Assembly (NCBI GenBank): GCA_963663405.2
Contig: CAXXSM010000130.1
Span: 96,001-160,000, forward strand
Reading direction: 5' to 3'
Origin: a bacterium
Lineage (GTDB): Bacteria; Hinthialibacterota; Hinthialibacteria; Hinthialibacterales; Hinthialibacteraceae
DNA length: 64,000 bases
Every line of letters begins with the position of its first letter. The stretch's first letter is position 1. Positions 59,782 to 64,000 of the stretch are shown piece after piece. The translations under genes and the position numbers were made by a program. The notes under the pieces were generated by a model. That model did no database searches and was not told where the DNA came from. It worked only from the letters and a program-made list of their open reading frames with translations.

Positions 59782-62700
59782 ATGAAAGCGCTTCGTTTTG
59801 TTCCTTTTTCGTGTTGGATAGTTCTTTTTTTGATTTGTGTGGGAACCACTCAGGCTCAAACGTCTATCAGCGGTTCCCAATCGGGCGTGTGGAACACGGG
59901 GGGAAGCCCCTATCTAATCATAGGCAATGTCTCTGTGCCCGCCGGGCAGACGTTGACCATACAACCGGGTGTCATTGTGAAATTCAACAGTGGAACCCAA
60001 CTTGTTGTGGATGGGACTCTTCTCTGTGAAGGAACCAGCGGCGGGACGATCGTCTTTACCTCCTATCGGGATGACAGCGCAGGTGGGAGCACGGATGACG
60101 AAACGGCGAGCGCAGGTGTGGCGGGGGATTGGAAAACCGTGCAGATCAATCCGGGCGCCAAGGCGGTCTTCAAGGAATGCCGGTTTCAATATGGTGGGGC
60201 CTCCGCGGCTCCGGCCGTGTACAGCGGCGGCGCGTTGACGATGGAGAATTGCCAGATTCAGTACAGCGCGGGGAAGGGAGTCCAACTGGCGGGAGATGTT
60301 GTGAAGACGTTGCAAGCCGTTGTCTGTTCGGATAGCGCCGGGGCAGGATTTGAACTGAGTGGGACCAATGCGTCGTTGTATCAATGCGTCAGTGAACGGA
60401 ACGGCGCGGGGCTCGTGATGAGCGGCTCCAATTCCTGTACGGAATGCGCATTTAACAATAACACCGGCGAGGGGATACGAATTTCGGGAGGCGTTTTGGA
60501 TCAACCGGTCTGCGCGGATTGTCAGTGCATGGGGAATGGTTCGGGTGTGGCGGTCAATCCCGAACTCCTGCCAACGATCCAGCGGCTTACCATCAGTGGA
60601 AATGTTTGGCAGACCGTCACCCTTCCCGGCGGTACTTTAAAAAAAGATGTCAATTTTAAAGATATCTTTCTCACGGAGGATTACGATTTAATTTACATTC
60701 TGCAAGGCAATCTGGCGGTTGATTCAACCGTCACGTGGACTATTAACGCGGGGGCTATGTTCAAACTGCCAAACAATGGCGTCATTACCGTGAACGGCTC
60801 GCTCTTTGTTTTTGGGGAAGGGGATCATCCTGTCGTCTTTACGTCCTATCGTGACGATCGAACCGGCGGGGATACCAATGGGGATGGTCCTACCACGGGG
60901 GCGCCGGGGGATTGGGGAACGGTTATCGTGTCTGATACCGGTAAGGCGTTTATGGAATACGCCCGGTTTCAGTATGGAGGAAACGCGAACCAATCATCCC
61001 TGCGATCCACGGGTGAACTGACATTGAACAACTGCCTTTTTCAATACAGCAAAACCAATGGCGCTTATTTGACGGGCAGGCAGGTCAATCGGGAATTTCT
61101 CGCTTTCGGTGTGCAAAACTGTCAGTTTATCAATAACACAGTGTATGGATTGTATTCAGAAGGCACGGGATCGATCCAAGGGTGCCTTTTTCAGAGTAAC
61201 ACAAACGCAGCCGTCAACATCCAAGGCGGGCAGGTGGATACGGTTACCTTCAGAGGCTCCACCATTCTTAACAATGGCTCAATTGGCGTGATTCAGCCGC
61301 ATCTCCTCGCTGGGGTCAGTGAAAACACGGTCGATCCTACAACCAATGAGCGTCTCGATATTCCCAGTGGAACGATCAAGCGCGACACCACGTTTGATAT
61401 GAGCGGCGTCCAATACAACCTCGCCGAGGGGGGGATTACGATTGACAACCTTGCGAAACTGACCATCCAACCCGGTGTGATTTTCAAAGCGGACGCCGCG
61501 CGTACTCAACCGGTTCTCACTGTGAACGGCTCGCTTGAAATCGTGGGAACCGGCGCCCAGCCGGTGGTTTTCACCTCCTATCGTGATGACACCTATGTGG
61601 GGGATACCAACGGTGACGGCCCTTCTGAAGGCGCGCCGGGGGATTGGAATTCCCTGCATATTTCCGAGTCTGGTTCGGCGGTGATTCGCGATTGTCTTTT
61701 CCGTTATGGCGGTTATAACAACAACCGTTCCCTCATTCTCCAAGGCGGGACATTGACCGCGAATCAATTGACCATCGAACGGAGCGCGGGAAGTGGGGCT
61801 TTGTTGAACGGTTCATCGGTTTCTCTGACAGATACAACGATCCGCAATTGCGGCGCGCATGGAATTGAACTCGACAGCCCCGCTTTCCAACTCACTGGCT
61901 GTTATTTTCAATCCAACAAGGGCAATGGGCTCAGCGCCAATGGCTCTGGAACGATCACTGGATGCGTCTTTAATAGGAACACGCAGGCTGGCTTGATCGA
62001 AACCGGCGCCACCACCGCCAGTATCACTTGCACGGGGAGCCAGTTTGATGGAAATGGAGTCATCGCGTCCATCCAGCCACATCTGCTGTATGGATTCAGT
62101 GGGAATACGGTGAATGTTGGAACCAACCAATTTTTCCAGATCCCCAGCGGCGTTATCAGCCGGGATACAAAACTGGATATTCCCGGCGCGTTATACGATC
62201 TCGCCAATGGGGGACTGACCATCCAAGCGGGCGCGGTTCTGCAGGTGGATCCGGGCGTCTTTTTCAAACCCGCCGCCGCGCGTTCGAATCAATTGATCGT
62301 GCAAGGAAAATTGGAGGCGATCGGGACCGCTGAACTTCCCATCATCTTCACCTCATACCGGGATGATGAATTCGGCGGAGATTCCAATGGGGACGGCCCA
62401 TCCACCGGCGCGCCAGGCGATTGGGGATCAATTCTTGTCGCGAATACGGGGGACGCTGTATTGACACACTGCGTCATCCGTTATGGGGGAGTCAACAACC
62501 AGATAGCGCTGACCGCGAACGGTTCCTTGACGCTCAAACAAACCATCATCGATCAAGCCCTATCGACAAGTGTTTCCGTAAACAATTCCACCGCCGTGTT
62601 TGAAAACAGCACATTCCAACTCGCCGGGCTGCATGGGGCGAGCGTAACCAGCCCGAATTTTACGATAACGAACTGCGTGTTCGCGTCGAACAATGGCGCG

Positions 62701-64000
62701 GGATTGAACGCCAATGGCTCCGGATCGATTACGGATTGCGCTTTTCATAACAACATCGCGGAAGCGTTAGTTGTTACCGGCGGGCAAACTGATTTTATTT
62801 CCTGTTCCGGCGGTATGTTTACCGGCAATGGACGGATCGCATCCATCCAACCGCATCTGTTATATGGATTCGGCGCGAATCAGGTGGACACTTCGACCAA
62901 TGTCTTTTTCTCGATCCCAAGCGGCGTCATCAATCATGACACCCAATTGGCGATCGCGGGCGCGATGTACGATCTCGCGGATGGAGGAGTCACCGTCGCG
63001 GAGAACGCAACTTTGCGGATTGATCCAGGAGTGATCTTTAAATCCAACAGCGCCCGGACCAATCAATTAATCGTTCAGGGCAAATTAGAGGTGAATGGAA
63101 CCAGCGCCAATCCTGTTGTTTTTACCTCCTATAAAGACGATGCGACGGGTGGAGATACCAACCAAGATGGACCATCGACAGGTCAGCCGGGAGACTGGGG
63201 GATGATCTCGATCGCAGCGAGCGGCTCCGCTGCGTTCAACCATTGCGTTCTTCGCTATGGCGCCGCCAATACTTTTTCATCGATCTTGGAAGCGAACGGC
63301 GCTGTGACACTCGATCAAACGACGATTGAGAAAAGCCGGTCGATGGGTCTTATGGTCAATCAAGCCGCCGCTTTGTTGAAGAACAGCGTCATTCAGGAGT
63401 GTGGATCAACGGGGGCTAAGATCGCGGGTCCCAATTTTTCGATTCAAGGTTGTGAATTCATCGCGAATAACGGTTCGGGTATGGACGCCAATGGTTCTGG
63501 AACGATAACGAACAACACATTTCAAGGCAACACAGGAAACGCGGTTGTTCTTTCCGGCGCCCAAACCGATACGATCCTTTGCGCGAATAACGCCATTGCT
63601 GGAAATGGAGGCGCCGCGTCTGTTCAACCCAATCTTCTACCCGGATTTATGGATAATCAGATCGATATCGAAACCAATTCTGTGATCAGCGTTCCCAAGG
63701 GCTCCCTCGTCCGTGACGCGACGCTAGCTGTTACAGGGGCTTATTACGATATTAGTGAAGGTGGGATTACCATTGAACAATACGCCTCTCTCACAGCGAT
63801 GCCCGGGATCTTTTTTAAAGCGCTGTCGGCCCGCGCGAATACTGGAAATCTACTTGTTGTGAATGGGAAATTATTTGTTCAGGGAACGGACGCCACGCCC
63901 GTTGTGTTCACTTCGTACCGGGATGACGAATCAGGTGGTGACACCAACAAGGATGGCGTTTCAAAGGGTGTTCCCGGTGATTGGGGAAAAATCAATATTG
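59782..64000 (+). CDS. Giant secreted right-handed beta-helix repeat protein, >1400 aa, runs off the window (not in ORF track)
   Basis: RBS AAGGAG, ATG 59782, signal peptide ending TQA; six in-frame FTSY[RK]DD..GG..GDW motifs near 60055, 60838, 61570, 62347, 63121, 63907. Confidence 0.9.
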   Translation, partial: MKALRFVPFSCWIVLFLICVGTTQAQTSISGSQSGVWNTGGSPYLIIGNVSVPAGQTLTIQPGVIVKFNSGTQLVVDGTLLCEGTSGGTIVFTSYRDDSAGGSTDDETASAGVAGDWKTVQINPGAKAVFKECRFQYGGASAAPAVYSGGALTMENCQIQYSAGKGVQLAGDVVKTLQAVVCSDSAGAGFELSGTNASLYQCVSERNGAGLVMSGSNSCTECAFNNNTGEGIRISGGVLDQPVCADCQCMGNGSGVAVNPELLPTIQRLTISGNVWQTVTLPGGTLKKDVNFKDIFLTEDYDLIYILQGNLAVDSTVTWTINAGAMFKLPNNGVITVNGSLFVFGEGDHPVVFTSYRDDRTGGDTNGDGPTTGAPGDWGTVIVSDTGKAFMEYARFQYGGNANQSSLRSTGELTLNNCLFQYSKTNGAYLTGRQVNREFLAFGVQNCQFINNTVYGLYSEGTGSIQGCLFQSNTNAAVNIQGGQVDTVTFRGSTILNNGSIGVIQPHLLAGVSENTVDPTTNERLDIPSGTIKRDTTFDMSGVQYNLAEGGITIDNLAKLTIQPGVIFKADAARTQPVLTVNGSLEIVGTGAQPVVFTSYRDDTYVGDTNGDGPSEGAPGDWNSLHISESGSAVIRDCLFRYGGYNNNRSLILQGGTLTANQLTIERSAGSGALLNGSSVSLTDTTIRNCGAHGIELDSPAFQLTGCYFQSNKGNGLSANGSGTITGCVFNRNTQAGLIETGATTASITCTGSQFDGNGVIASIQPHLLYGFSGNTVNVGTNQFFQIPSGVISRDTKLDIPGALYDLANGGLTIQAGAVLQVDPGVFFKPAAARSNQLIVQGKLEAIGTAELPIIFTSYRDDEFGGDSNGDGPSTGAPGDWGSILVANTGDAVLTHCVIRYGGVNNQIALTANGSLTLKQTIIDQALSTSVSVNNSTAVFENSTFQLAGLHGASVTSPNFTITNCVFASNNGAGLNANGSGSITDCAFHNNIAEALVVTGGQTDFISCSGGMFTGNGRIASIQPHLLYGFGANQVDTSTNVFFSIPSGVINHDTQLAIAGAMYDLADGGVTVAENATLRIDPGVIFKSNSARTNQLIVQGKLEVNGTSANPVVFTSYKDDATGGDTNQDGPSTGQPGDWGMISIAASGSAAFNHCVLRYGAANTFSSILEANGAVTLDQTTIEKSRSMGLMVNQAAALLKNSVIQECGSTGAKIAGPNFSIQGCEFIANNGSGMDANGSGTITNNTFQGNTGNAVVLSGAQTDTILCANNAIAGNGGAASVQPNLLPGFMDNQIDIETNSVISVPKGSLVRDATLAVTGAYYDISEGGITIEQYASLTAMPGIFFKALSARANTGNLLVVNGKLFVQGTDATPVVFTSYRDDESGGDTNKDGVSKGVPGDWGKINI

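Noticed and set aside
59811-63627. Many short ORFs on both strands
   Set aside because: Shadows of the single long frame starting at 59782.

Overview
Bacterial chromosomal window from a probably uncultured, diderm lineage. The orphan GspG-like pseudopilins, secreted proteins ending in a W-x-x-Y tail and large repeat-rich surface proteins resemble what I recall of OLB16/Hinthialibacter-Sumerlaeota (BRC1)-type genomes; this is inference only. 1-21 kb is mostly intact: NCS2 permease, class V aminotransferase, GT2, PfkB, and nnr-rny-(hicBA insert)-ymdB-xseA-xseB-ispA-dxs. 22-59 kb is accessory envelope/secreted content with many indels, often at homopolymers, which are most likely long-read errors. 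No rRNA, tRNA, CRISPR array or transposase was seen. Best candidate for an undescribed system: a self-contained three-gene operon (7.6-11.7 kb) encoding a FemABX-like GNAT fused to a DltC-like carrier domain, an MBOAT ending in FIYFQF, and an SGNH protein. It looks like a Dlt/AlgIJ-type surface acylation relay with no adenylation enzyme in the locus. Other notable items: a promoter-driven ~170-nt rod-shaped RNA candidate, a duplicated structured intergenic element with compensatory base changes, a shared C-terminal T[ST][VI]xxWx[LV]Y tail, a cohesin-dockerin-cohesin protein, an HxxNL-repeat coiled coil, and three genes absent from the ORF track (HicA, a 38-aa membrane peptide, and a >1400-aa beta-helix protein).
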